From the NCBI GenBank assembly GCA_965112155.1, contig OZ218108.1: 64,000 nt of DNA; one strand, 5' to 3'. Numbering within the stretch: position 1 is the stretch's first letter; every line of letters starts with the position of its first letter. Positions 26,143-38,699 of this stretch are shown in pieces. The position numbers and the translations under genes were made by a program. This DNA comes from Podarcis liolepis (Eukaryota). Under the pieces are notes generated by a model. The model ran no database searches. It saw nothing but the letters and a program-made list of their open reading frames with translations, and was not told the origin of the DNA.

Positions 26143-26566
26143 CAGTGGTGCCCCGCAAGACGAATGCCTCGCAAGACGAAAAACTCGCTAGATGAAAGGG
26201 TTTTTCAGTTTTGTGTTGCTTCGCTAGACGAATTTCCCTATGGGCTTGCTTCGCAAGACGAAAACGTCTTGTGCTTTTTAAAAAAAGCCGCTTGAAGAGG
26301 CGTAGTTGCGACGGACCGTGCTTTGCAAGACGCAAAACATTGCAAGACGAAAAGACTCGCGGAACGAATTACCGTATTTTTTGCACCATAACACTCACTT
26401 TTTTCCTCCTAGAAAGTAAGGGGAAATGTCTGTGCGTGTTATGGAGGAAATGCCTACGGGTGGCATGCCTACGGATTTTCCTCCTCTAAAAACTATGTGC
26501 GTGTTATGGTCGGGTGCGTGTTATAGAGCGAAAAATACGGTATTTTCGTCTTGCAAGGCACCACTG
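26143..26566. mobile_element. Tigger/pogo-like (Tc1-mariner) MITE
   Basis: TA TSD. TIR cagtggtgccccgcaagacgaa / ttcgtcttgcaaggcaccactg. Internal cgcaagacgaa repeats. Confidence 0.85.
26372..26540. mobile_element. Tc1-mariner-type MITE (ccgtattt termini) nested in the previous element
   Basis: TA TSD. Termini ccgtattttttgc / gcgaaaaatacgg, shared with 60776-62027. Confidence 0.85.
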
Positions 26567-27192
26567 TAAAGGGTGCGGTCCTGTGCCTGCTTACATGGAG
26601 GTAAGTAAGTCCTACTGAGCTTCTGAGTGAAAGTCACCATTGCTTCTTTCCCACTGATTGCTGCTGCTTTTGACTCTCTCCCTGGTGTTTCCCTGGTATC
26701 AAAGTGCAAATACTGTGCACATCATGCAGCTGCGTTTAGTTCTCCATAGCAGTGTGCATGGAGGACAAGACTGGGAAAGCCCAGAGATCTTCTCCTCCGC
26801 ATGGACTTCATGAACATCTCTCCCAGGCCATGAAATAACTTAAGCACCATGCAAATCAGCTCTTATTCTGAAGCCGCTGGTAACTTTAATGGGATTGCAT
26901 CAGTGTGACTTGGGGATTAAGGCCTTTGAGCCTTAAGGATGGGTTTGCAACCGATGGCTATGTTCATGCTGTCATGGTATGATTTGTTCCACAACAGAAT
27001 AGAACCGTCTCAAAGCTTAGTCACTGCTCTTAATGTTGAACCAACCCCACAACTGTTCTGGTAATTGCAGTTGTTTGCAATATGCGAACCACCTTTTAAA
27101 TTCACACCTATCTGAATTTTGCAATGCAGTTCTCCAACCAATGTTTACAAAAATGCAGATATTAGGGGAAAGTGTGCATAAAAAGGAATATA

Positions 27193-27428
27193 CAGTGCTA
27201 CCTCGGGTTAAGAACTTCATTCGTTCTGGAGGTCCATTCTTAACCTGAAACTGTTATTAACCTGAGGTACCACTTTAGCTAATGGGGCTTCCCGCTGCGC
27301 TGCCGCCACGCGATTTCTGTTCTCATCCTGAAGCAAAGTTCTTAACCCGAGGTACTATTTCTGGGTTAGCGGAGTCTGTAACCTTAAGTGTCTGTAACCT
27401 GAAGCGTCTGTAACCTGAGGTACCACTG
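27193..27428. mobile_element. Tigger/pogo-like MITE inserted in an older repeat (~27090-27620, related to 57670-58110)
   Basis: TA TSD and cagtg(g)tacctc TIRs. Same family as 53668 and 58974. Confidence 0.88.
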
Positions 27429-28410
27429 TATTACTGAAAATAACATACCAAATATTGGGGTAAATTGCATGCGGAAAGGGAGTACCAGGACGAAGTCACA
27501 CCAAAATGCTGGTGAATTTTCATCAGGATTTAAAAATAAAAAAATGCTGCAGGTACTGTATGTGGAGTGCTGAATTTAAGATAGGAAAAATGAGAAACTG
27601 AGAACCAAACCTGACTGATCCTTCTTTCCCTATCACCCAGCAATAATCACCCAAACTTAGCAGCAAAGCTCCAACATTAGCCATGGGAGGAACCAAACAA
27701 TGCAGCAACGGAAAGAATGCAATTGTTTGGTTGACCTTCTCTTGCATACAAAGCACAAACATACTGCCATGACTAGCTGACAACTGCAGAACCTAGAAAC
27801 AAGCTCCCCGGGAGAAGGGTTGAGTCCCATTGCGCTACCAGTGTGTTCCCACAGGCAATGCTTGTAACACAACATGTTTATACTGTTGTCTATGTAAGCG
27901 GAACAAGCAAAAGCAGGGGAGCCATATGGACAACAGCAAGGTCACAGGAGAGACCGATATTAGGTGTTCATTTGGAAAGAGCAATGTAACGGGAAACTGG
28001 AGGGGTAGGCTTGTTTCCTGTCCCTGGAAGATGTTGATAGGGCCTCTGTTCAAATGGAAAAGGACGACGCAGTGGGATTAGACTTCTGGTCTCCTGCTTC
28101 AGCAACCAACAACAAAGCTACAGAGTCCCAGAAGAGACACACACAACCGGGCCTTCATAGTCTCCCAAGGGGTCTGACTGATAAATGATTCATTGCTTCC
28201 AAATCCCCATGAATAAGAAATGGGAATCTCAGCAGTGTAAGGGTCCTTCTTGGAATCAAGAGTTCGGTGGGAGGGCATGAGTTTAGCATGTAAGGCTCAA
28301 CCACTGACTACTGGATCCCAGGAAAAGGGCTGAGAAAATACACACGCATGACCTGAAAAAGCGCAGCGCAGTAGTCAATAAAGTGTCCTGCTGAGGTCGT
28401 GGTCTAATCT

Positions 28411-28837
28411 TTTTTTTTAATATAATTTTTATTAGCTTTTTTAACATATCATTTTCAACAGTAATTAAACATACTTTTACATCTTATTCAAATTTTTGAC
28501 TTCCATCAATCCTGTCTGAAAACTTTCCAGTCTAAATCTCTGAGTATTCATTTCTTATCTTCCCTATTACATTTCAAACTCATAACCAATATCTGTATCT
28601 TTTTCTACTTTGTAACACTTCGTATATTTCTCCTTACAAAACTTCTTGTAGTCCTACTAGCTTAATTTGTTGATTACAGTTGCTCTTCAAATAATTCATA
28701 CACTTCTTCCAATCTTCTGTAAATCTCTGGTCCCGCAGGTTTCGAATCCTTCCTGTCATTTTGTCCAACTGCATAGTCCATTAATTTCGTCTGCCATTCT
28801 TCTTGTTTCCATTTCTGGGCTAACAATACTCTTGCCG
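28411..28837 (-). mobile_element. L1-clade LINE 3' fragment
   Basis: Poly-A tail (plus-strand poly-T) and remnant LLAQKWK..EWQTKLMDYA. 18-bp TSD gaggtcRtggtctaatct (28393-28410, 28838-28855). Confidence 0.8.
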
Positions 28838-29849
28838 GAGGTCATGGTCTAATCTAATCCAGGATTCCCCAACCTGCTGTCTTACAGTTGGACTTTGATT
28901 CCCATCACCCCTGAACATTGGCCATGCTGGAGGACATCAAGCTGGGAACGGCTTGTTTAACCCCATCGCAGTACCCCAGGATACCTTTGATATTGACCAA
29001 CCTCCTTCACCCCTCCAAGTTATGCTCCCCCCATTTTCATCAGGTTGATTTCCTGGGCCTGCTGGTTACTCAACAGACCTTGTTATTTACTGCTCCCCAC
29101 CCTGCACACTTCATGCAGATTTCGGCTTTATCGCATGCAGTATGGGGCATTCAGGAGAACATTGGGCTTTGGGGGGCCTTCCACCCCACCTTTGATTGGT
29201 GCTCCACAGATGCACTCCCTCAGATCTTGTATGGTGTGACAATGAAGAACCTCCTGATCCATGCAAAGCTGCCACTGTGAGTCCTCTCAGGTGAGCAGTC
29301 AGGGGGAAGGATTTCAATCTGCTAACCACTAGAATAAGAGACACAGCTGAAACACTGGGGTTGTTTTTTTATTATTATTGAACGATCAGTTGTGGAGCAA
29401 GTCCTGGATGTCAATCTTTTTTCTTCTTGCAGAGTCACTGTGCCTTTTGAAACTGTGTAACAGGATAGGAGGGTGCCATCTTTCCCTGTGATGAATGTAA
29501 CTGTTTGCCATGCATTTCTCGATGGGCACATGACCCCTGGGAAGAAAACCCCCGCATCTGAACATCTGACTTCTTGCTAGCCACCGCTTCTGCTGCATCA
29601 CTTGTGGTCTTCCTGGCACTGGTGAGGGAACATCATCTCCTGTGGAGAGATGAGAAAGGCCTGGTAAGTTTAGATAGAATGGGGTAGGAGCTGAAACCAG
29701 GGGTTTGTTGAAAATGCATAACTGAGAAAGGATGTCCTCACACGGGTGCTTTTCTATTGCCTCAGTCAAACTCACTACTCTTTCATTGCCCGGGCACTCA
29801 CCTAGTTGTTGGAATAGCTGGAGTACAGCATTTTGTGTTCAGAAGAAGA

Positions 29850-30176
29850 GGACTCTTTATTTGCATCAGCCACTAGCCATAGAAATAAAATGAAATAACA
29901 TGTACAGAAGAAAGAGGTAAAAACTTAACTATGCAAAATACATTTTGGAGGTTCACATCAGTAATCAAACAACAGATCTTATTCTAATTGCCCCTGCTAA
30001 AAAAATTGCAGGAGAAGAATCTTTATTTGCATCAGCCACTAGCCATAGCAATAAAATAAAATAAATGTACTGAAGATAGAGGTAAAAACTTAACCAAGAG
30101 AAAATACATTTTGGGGCTTTACATCAATAAGCAAATAATACATCTTATTCTAATTGCCCCCACTAAAAACCTTGAA
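29850..30176. repeat. Diverged tandem duplication, period ~166 bp
   Basis: tctttatttgcatcagccactagccatag...tcttattctaattgccc occurs twice. Confidence 0.9.
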
Positions 30177-30563
30177 GTTTTTGCTGTCACCTGATCATCT
30201 TGATCTGCTGGAAGAAAGGACACAGTAGCAATGGTTGAGCGACCTGGCATGGACACTAATAGAGGGGTGATAACTTCACTCCTCAAATCTTCATAAAGAG
30301 TGCAAGCCAGAAGCACATGAGCTACTGACTATATACTGCCATCTCCACAGGGACATAACCATTTTCCCCAGTGGAATTTTTAGCATTTTGTCTTCATTCA
30401 CAGGGGTGCTTCTTGCTGCCTTTCCCACTCCATGGCAGAAGCTCAGGGAGTTGTGGGGGCAGCACCTTTTTCAGGAAGCACTGCTGCTGATTGTTGCGTA
30501 AGGGACAGTTGTTTAGTCCGTATAATTTCAAGACATTTAAGTGGAAGGAGAAACACTCTAGGG

Positions 30564-30700
30564 CAGGCATAGGCAAACTCGGCCCTCCAGGTGTTTGGGG
30601 ACTACAGCTCCCATCATCCTTAGCTAACAGGACCAGTGGCCAGGGATGATGGGAGTTGTAGTCCCAAAACATCTGAGGGGGGTGAGTTTGCCTGTGCCTG
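30564..30700. mobile_element. Palindromic hAT-type MITE (caggcataggcaaac termini)
   Basis: Perfect 8-bp TSD ctctaggg. Confidence 0.9.
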
Positions 30701-32278
30701 CTCTAGGGCAGTTTCAGCCAACATGGCGGGGCAGGGTTGCAGAGCTGCCTTCCTGGCACTAGTGTCATGGCAGATCACCTGGATGGGCTAGAGTGGATAA
30801 GGGCAGCTGCGAGATTGGGGGTTGTGTGGGTGCACAGGTGGAGCCAATCTGATGCTCATGCTGGTGTGCCTACACAACCCCAACCTCACTGCCACTGTGC
30901 ATGCTGTCCCAGCCCCAGCCAGGTAAGCTGCATTGGTGCTGGTGTTGGCCAACACTGTATCCCTTGTTTGGGGGAAGAAGAGAGGATGTTTAGAAGTCAT
31001 GCTTGGAAGCATGATGAGCCCTTCTTGCTTACCTATATGGCTGTGTTGTTCTTGCAGCGCCTTTGTGGAGCTGATGTTCCAAGGGGATGTTTAATCATGG
31101 ATTTCTGAGGAAGAGTTCTCAAAAGGAAGTCTTCGGGTTAGGTCAGGTTTCAGCAGTGTCCCCTTCCTCTCTGACCTTTCCCACTGTGGATCGCCTCGTT
31201 TATTTCCACGTGCTGGGAGGGTGTTCCACTTTCTCTGACTGCAGGCCAAGACTCCTATGCAGGACCCCTGGGTGAGGCAAGTGTAACAGAGTCAAAAATG
31301 AGAAAACTCTGCCCATACCAACTGGCGACTTTCCCCAGCCATTCCTTACCTTTGACGGTCCAGATCTAATGTTACTTTGGACACCGATACACTTCTTTGA
31401 TTCTCATACTTTCAGGATTCTGTGCAGCTTGTCAATTCGTAACGGGTGATCTTTGCCTATAAACCTGTGCCTTTTCATTTACTTAAGACATCAAGGATCA
31501 AAGGAGAAAAGGGCAGTAAAACATTGCTTTCCCACCAATCTGCTTGTCATTTAGATATAGATTATTGTATAAATGTCATGGAAACAAGCTGTTCCCTGCT
31601 TTTTTTTTTTAAAGGAAACTTGCTTTGCAGTTTTCTTCCTCTTGATGAAAGGCTAAACAAAGCAAATGTGTTTACCAGGTAAAAGCTCTTTGTGATTCTC
31701 TCCCTCCCCTCCACTACTCAGTGAGTATGCATGATTCATTTCCACAACAGGATCCTTGAGCCTCCCAAATTAAATATTAGCATAGATTAAGGGCCAATAT
31801 AGATGTGGCATTAAACATGCCCTTGCATTTAATGTGCTCATTTCAAAAAATGCAAATAGCAGTCACTGGATTTGATAATTATTAGGAACGCAGCAGGTGG
31901 AGAGGGAGAGTTTAATTCTTCCTTCTTCTTTTTCTGCGCTGCAAATGAAAATTGCTCCTCCAAAGCTAATAGCCATTGACAAGACACATGCCCCTTCCAG
32001 GAATTTGTATAACGCCCCTTAAAATTGTCTAATCCAGAGGCCATCAGTATGACATCTTGTGGCAGCTGTTGAAAAGAGCACTTTAATGCAGGACAGGTAT
32101 CTGAAGTGCCAGAAGAGGATCAGAGATCACAGGGAAGTGATGCTGCCAGTGAGGGAGTGACTGCCAGTGCCCACTAGCAATGCAAATAGCAGCTTCACAG
32201 GTTTTCAGGATGTGAGAATACACAGGGAGGCTATAGGTTCCTGGACAATGCTTTGAAGGATGGAAGAGAGGCCACTCG

Positions 32279-33752
32279 CAATGACTGCTCCCCACATTAA
32301 ATGGGGGGCACCCTTTGCGTGGTCACACGCAGCCCCCTGGACCCTATGCGGCACCATTAACACAGGCTTGGCTTTGCCTTCCCCAGGTGGGATACCTGGA
32401 GGTGTCTGCCTACCTTAGGCAATCGGCCAATCCCACCTGGGGAGGTGTTGCCAAGGTGATCAGGCCAGGTAGGGGGAGGGACCACCCTGCCCACACAATA
32501 GGGGGAGGATCTTACCTGGGAATTATAAGTTGGCTCCAGAGCTTCTCCCACCCTACCCACCCTCAGTTAAGACTTCTTTTGCAGGTTAACCTTTTCTCCA
32601 CAGGTACACGGGCGCTGCTACGTCAAGGTCGCTGTTGAAGGGCTGGAAAGGAATTCTCCTGCATTGGCAGGTTTGTCTTTCCCGTAGCAAAACGTCACAA
32701 CTTTGGTGGTATCAGGCCTTGGGCGGAATCCTTTAGTCTATGTTCCCTAAATTGGGGGGGGGGCATGTAGCGGTGACTCATGCCCCCCTTCTCTTTGCGG
32801 CAGCGATACCAGGGTTCCCTGTTAAAGGGGTTGTTTTGAGGGGAGGCTTTGGCCGTACACCAAGAGGTTGTCATTGCTCTCCCCTGCGACGGTGGAATAA
32901 CGGGGGCGGGCTCCCTCTGCTTGAACATATGTTCTCCAGAGCCAGCCCATCCCCCCCACACACTCTGGATAACCCTGATGTTTCCCAGATCCCTGGTGGG
33001 GGACTGGGAGGGATAAACGCCCAATGCCTGAGCCAAGGTCTACCCACATCTGAAATATAATAAAGTTGTGGCCAATTTTAATCCCATAGCACGTTGTCTT
33101 GAGTTGTTATTCTACACGGGGGCTGCCCAGGGTTGGCGGGGACTCTGTCTGTCCACGCACAAACCCCTTGCACCCTTGTTAACGATCCTTTAATATATAT
33201 ATATATATTTAAAGAAACAGAAGCAGTGGTAAAAAATAAGGTAGGCACAACAATGACCGCTCCCCGCTTAAAATGGGGGGCGCCCTTTGCGTGGACGCGT
33301 GCAGCCCCTAGATCTGGAGCGGCCCCAACAGCATAGGCTTGGCTTTACCTTCCCTCAGGTGGGATACCTGGAGGTCTCTGCCTACCTCAGTCAGTTGTCC
33401 AATCCCACCTGGGGGAAGCGTTGCCAAGGAGACCAGGCCAGGTAGGGGAGGGATTACCTGCCCACACAATAGAGGGAGGATCTTACCTAGGAATCCTCAC
33501 TTGGCTCCAGAGCCAGCCCATCCCCCCCCCCCACACACACTGGATAACCCTGATGCTCCCTAGGTCCCTGGCTGGGGACTGGGGAGGGAGAACGCCCAAT
33601 GCCTGAGCCAAGGTCTACCCACATTGGAAATTTAATAAAGTTGTGGCCAATTTAATCCCATAGCACGTTGTCTTGAGTCGTTATTCCACATGACGGGGGG
33701 ACCATGCAGGATCTGGGGACTCCGCCTGTCCACGCAAAAAACCCTGCACTCC
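32279..33752 (+). mobile_element. ORF-less element with A-x-B-A-B repeat structure (DIRS/Ngaro-like, tentative)
   Basis: A ~32279-32542 matches 33251-33513 and B ~32934-33175 matches 33505-33752. aataaagttgtggcc occurs in each B. 11-bp inverted repeat tttgcgtggac/gtccacgcaaa. Confidence 0.55.
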
Positions 33753-35784
33753 ACCCCTGAGAATTTCATTTAAAAAAAATTCTCCCCTTTTATAATTTTC
33801 AAGTGCAGTTTGTTTTCTCATTGATTGATGGAGAACGGCAAAAGGAAAAAAACACAGTAGAGAAATTGTCAGCTAGGTGTAGGGAAGACAGGCACAAATG
33901 ACAGTGGTTAGGAAAATAGTCAAATGAATTTGGGGAGAAAGAGGAAAATGCTACATATGCTGCAGATTGATCTAGCAGAGCATGACATATGGCTGCTTAA
34001 ATGATTCTTGAATGCTTTATAAAACTCTGTCCTTTAACTGCGCCAATGAAGAATGACTGAAAAGCATGCTGCTGACAGGCCCTTAAATGTTAAGGTGCCA
34101 AGAGAACATGGCAGCCCATTCTGGATGTTTCAATATTCCCTGGCTTCACCTTAGACATCCTGTGCAGAAGTACTAAGTGTGGCTATCAGGTGCCGGTCAT
34201 TCATGAACGCTCGCCATTCAAAGAGGTTGTTTTAAGTCCAACCAATGCAAATGTGCTGGCATTTAAAATCTGAAAGCTGGGGTGGGGGAGGAATAGTGAC
34301 AATTCTCTAACACAACAATGGATTCTGTACCACGAAAAGCTGAATTCTGAGACTTTAAGGAATTATGCTAACTAAGCACATTTATTTAATTGTACCTCCT
34401 CTGTAGCTTGCAGCATTTCATCAAGCTTTGCCAGGACATTTGAAGCCTATTTGTTTACCATTAAGGGATAGAATTTTGCTTTTTTGGAAATGAGAATTCT
34501 GCTTTTCCCAGGATACTAATTCTGAGCTAGATAGTAATCCACATGCTTACATAGTGTAATCACAGAATTACAGGGTTTCATAGTGCCTTGATTAACACAG
34601 CATCCGCATTTGGTGACATGAATTCATTTACTTTCATATAGACGGTAGATGGGTTACTTTTTCCACAGTGGACAATCATCACTTCCTGTCATGACTACTA
34701 GCCATTGACAGACACACACCCCTTCCAGGAATTTGCAGAACTCCCCTTTAAACTACCTAAGTTAGTGGCCATTACGACAGCACCCACTCAAATGAGCAGC
34801 TTAATGCAGGTCAGGTATATGAAGTGCAGAAACACCTGAGATTTCTTATGTCAAAGAAGCACCAGCGATCACAGGAAATTGATGCAGCCAAGAGCTTATT
34901 TCTGGAGAAAGAGGAAAGTTTTTCAAGTAGTGAGTGGAAAGAGAAAAGTCACCCAATTAATTGTTGGGACAAAAGGTTACCTGTCATCGTCCAGTTTAAG
35001 CCATGCTATACAAGCAGAGGAAGTAAAAAGTGTAATATACTTACATGTTTCCAGATCCTGTTGGAGTAAAAGGAAGAAAGGTTAGTCCAGAAATCAAGAC
35101 ATGTGCATATTTCCATCAGCAAACATAATTCAGTTTAGATTCTCATTACAAGGAAGACTAAGGACTGACTTTGGGTTTGGTCACATTTCTGCTATTCCTG
35201 CCACTCCCCCCTGCTGTTTACCACTGAATCACAACAAATGTCAACTGGTTTTTTGCTGCGGATTGTCATTTGTTCCAACGCAGTGGTAAACGGTGGGTTT
35301 TCCTGGGGAAAGTGGTGGAACAAATGAAAAACCACTCGGACCCATGCTTTCAAGGCACAGGGCAAGCAGTATGGGCAAGCCCTTATTACAGCACATTATA
35401 AAAATATTAACAGATATCTATCTATTTGGTGCTTTAATTATGATGGATGATAAAAGGGAAAGATCCAATCTGGAAGCTTTAGGTTAGATAGCCTCACAGT
35501 AATTTGGAGCACTGGATCAAATCTAGAATGCGCCCTGCAACCAGCTTCTGTTTGAGCACCACCCGACATTTGCATGGAGGTTGTCACCTGGATCCTGTTA
35601 TGACCCATAGATGTTCAGGAGTAAACATTTGTGTTTAACTCTGGCTGGGCATGCATTAGTGTGCACTCAGCCCATGGCACTCCTTCCTTACCCACCTGCT
35701 GGAGATTCACTTGCTGAATCCTGTTTAACAATTGAAAACCTGCCCATCAACTGCTTGGGAAAGGGAGAATCAGGCTGAATCTGG

Positions 35785-36480
35785 TCATAGAAACATAGAA
35801 TCATAGAACTGTAGAGTTGGAAGGGATCTCAAGGGTCATCTAATCCAACCCCCTGCAATGCAGGAATCTCAGCTAAAGCATCCATGACAGATGACCATTC
35901 AACTTCTGCATCAAAAGTGAAGGAGAGTCCACAACCTTCCGAGAGAGTCTGTTCCACTGTCAAACAGCTCTTACTGTCAGAAAGTTCTTCCTGACGTGTA
36001 GTTGGAATCTTCTTTCTTGTAACTTCAATCCATTGGTTTGAGTCCTACCCTCCTGTTGCTTCTTCCAACTTTTGTGAAATGAAATGGTCAGCGAGGCAAC
36101 TGAGGAATTGGTTGGACTTTACATTCGTGGCAGAGTTTGAGTTCCAACAGATATCAGAATAGTTGAAGTCTCCCATGGCTACTACATCTCTCCTCATTGA
36201 ATGCTTGGTAATCTGCTCTAGGAAGTCATCAACCAAGCCTTTAGTTTGGCTTGGAGGTCTACAGCAGGCACTCCCAGTATGGTTACTGCTGTTTTGCTCT
36301 CCTACAATTTTTACCAATGTACTCTGAATCTACCTTCCGTTCTCCAAGTTTTGGATCTCTTCACAAGTGTACATATCCTTTACATATGATGCTACTCTTC
36401 CTCCCTTACCGTTTGATCTATTTGTTTTGAGCAGGTTATACCCCTCAATTTCTACATTCCAATTGAGTCCCATTCCATTG
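35785..36480 (-). mobile_element. Internally deleted CR1 LINE (endonuclease remnant fused to the 3' end)
   Basis: WNVEIEGYNL and [13 protein letters not shown]...LADHFISQ (endonuclease), followed directly by the CR1 3' end with an ttctatgattctatg tail. Confidence 0.85.
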
Positions 36481-37775
36481 GGTTTCAGCAATTTGGTCTG
36501 ATTTGTTTCTGACCCCAAACACACAATGCATGCACATGTAAATGGCAACCCAACTAAATGCAGTGCAATAGTGCTAGAAATACTCACTTTACTCGTTGAT
36601 CTAGATTTATACTTCACTTTGTGATCCACTCTGTGCTTAGGCGGCATGAACTTACAGATGAAAATGAGACTTGGAATATTTTATCAAGCAGACCTCAAAA
36701 GATGATTGCATGATGCTTTGACTAGGGCTGGAGTGAGTGTTCCAAGCAGTGACGTTGACTACTTTTGCCCAGGTTAGTTACCATAATCGATGTGGGCACC
36801 TCTCACCTGAAGCATGGCCCTGATTTCAATTCTGTCCACTAATATCCTGCCCACATCTGCATGCTATCACCTCTCCCTCCTCTAATGTAAATAAGGCCTA
36901 ACCTTGGGGAAGAGGAAATGGGTAGCATCCTTTGCGAGACATGCAGTAAGATAACCTGTGCTTGTTATCTGTGTAGTTTCCAGCAGCAATGAAATTTTTG
37001 CCACCTTAACATAGGGTTTCTCTACACAGTGAAAAGGCCTTAGCTATATAGAAGAGACCTCCAAAAAGAGGTAAAGAAAATTCAGTTTAATAAAATACCC
37101 AAAAATGACTGAAAAGGGCATTCAGTTTCTCATCTGGAAATGCACGTACCACAGCCAGAAAGTACTTTTATAAATGATTTTTTTTTAATTAATTGTGTTT
37201 TCCCCCCTTGCTGCATTTTATGTTCTGCGTTTGATAAGCTATTTGTATGTGTGTGCTTGGCCAAATACTCAGGTGAGGAAAACAGCCAAATGCAATAAAT
37301 TGTTTTACTGCATTTGGGTCTTTCTAGAGCTGCACAGTTGGACACATGGTAATTTGCTCCAGGTCAATCCAGTAATTCATTATTTGCATTCCTTTTTATC
37401 AAGAAAAATGTCCTAAGAGAGACATGCTATTGTCTATGCACGTTCAGGTACATCCATTTTTTAGGACTCGCTTGTAATGCTGCAGGCTAGTCCCAAATAT
37501 GGTCATAACTGGGGCCAGACAAAACTAGAAACACTTGCTTGGGAGGCAGGGGTTTGTCTTTCATTACATCATTACATGACTAAAGACAGCAGGCATTTCT
37601 AAGAAATAGAGGTGTTCAAATTCATCACCCTGTTTGCCTGAATGGAACACTGTGAACAGATTTGGATTAACTTTTGCTAAATGGGAGGATTTACAGAGGA
37701 TCCCATTGACACACAAGAGACACACAATATTTTGAGATGCCAATACATTTTGGTCAATGGAGACTTTCTCTTACA

Positions 37776-37778
<3 letters not shown>

Positions 37779-37825
<47 letters not shown>

Positions 37826-37936
37826 GGTTTTGGTGTCTTCGGGTGTCTTCCCGTGTAAGAGTTGGGGTGTCTAGGCGGGAAGACACCCGAAGACACCAAA
37901 ACCTGCATTCCTGTACCCGTGAAAATCTACGAAAGC

Positions 37937-37967
<31 letters not shown>

Positions 37968-38115
37968 TTCGTAGATTTTCACGGGTACAGGAATGCAGGT
38001 TTTGGTGTCCTCGGGTGTCTTCCCGTGTAAAAGTTGGGGTGTCTAGGCGACGTTTCGACGAGGTCTCACTCGTCATCTTCAGGCTGGTGCTTTCGGCTTC
38101 TTGTTACTATATATA
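37779..38115 (-). mobile_element. Penelope-like element termini (direct and inverted copies) embedded in (TA)n
   Basis: 37821-37877 repeats ~37993-38048, and 37876-37936 is an inverted copy of ~37963-38023. (TA)n at 37779-37821 and 37937-37962. Confidence 0.75.
38047..38085 (-). ncRNA. Minimal hammerhead ribozyme motif (Penelope type)
   Basis: Minus strand CUGAAGA-U-[GACGAG ugagac CUCGUC]-GAAA-CG-UC: intact core boxes, 6-bp stem II and palindromic ACGU stem III. Stem I is weak. Confidence 0.6.
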
Positions 38116-38699
38116 CGCTAACCCCACCCGCTTTCATTTAAACACATTTGAAGACTTCTTAAATGGTTTAGAGTAGTATATCAACAGCCCTTTCCCCAGT
38201 TTTTAGTAAACAGCTATTTGTCATATATAATCTAGAAGAGCATATAGCATGCAATCCTATGGGATTTTGGAATGGGATGGGTGGGCATTGGACAGCTGTT
38301 CTCACCGACGTGCTTCAAAGCCATTACTTTAACAAGTGACTTGGCCAGTTCTTGAGCTGGCATCATGAAAAATGGACATGCAGATTTGGTATAAGTGTTC
38401 TAGGGTGTGTGCAAACAGTCTGGAATCCTGCACCAATCACGGACATGTGATTAACCGGCATGTAAACTAGCACAGGATTACAGTCAAGGAAAATTAAACT
38501 TCAGTACACTCTGTTAAATTAACATTTCATATACTCTCCCCCCCCCCTTTTGCTGCATAGATAGCATGTGAAATTAGATCTTATTGGAACGACAATACAA
38601 AATGAGCTCAGTTTCCAATAACTGAAGCATTTTCAGCATTGGGATAAAAAAAAGTATTAAGAGTTAGGAATGTTAACATCAAAGTGATCAAGCAACTAT

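Noticed and set aside
29386-29775. 129-aa minus-strand ORF
   Set aside because: No recognisable domain or splice structure; length is within chance expectation.
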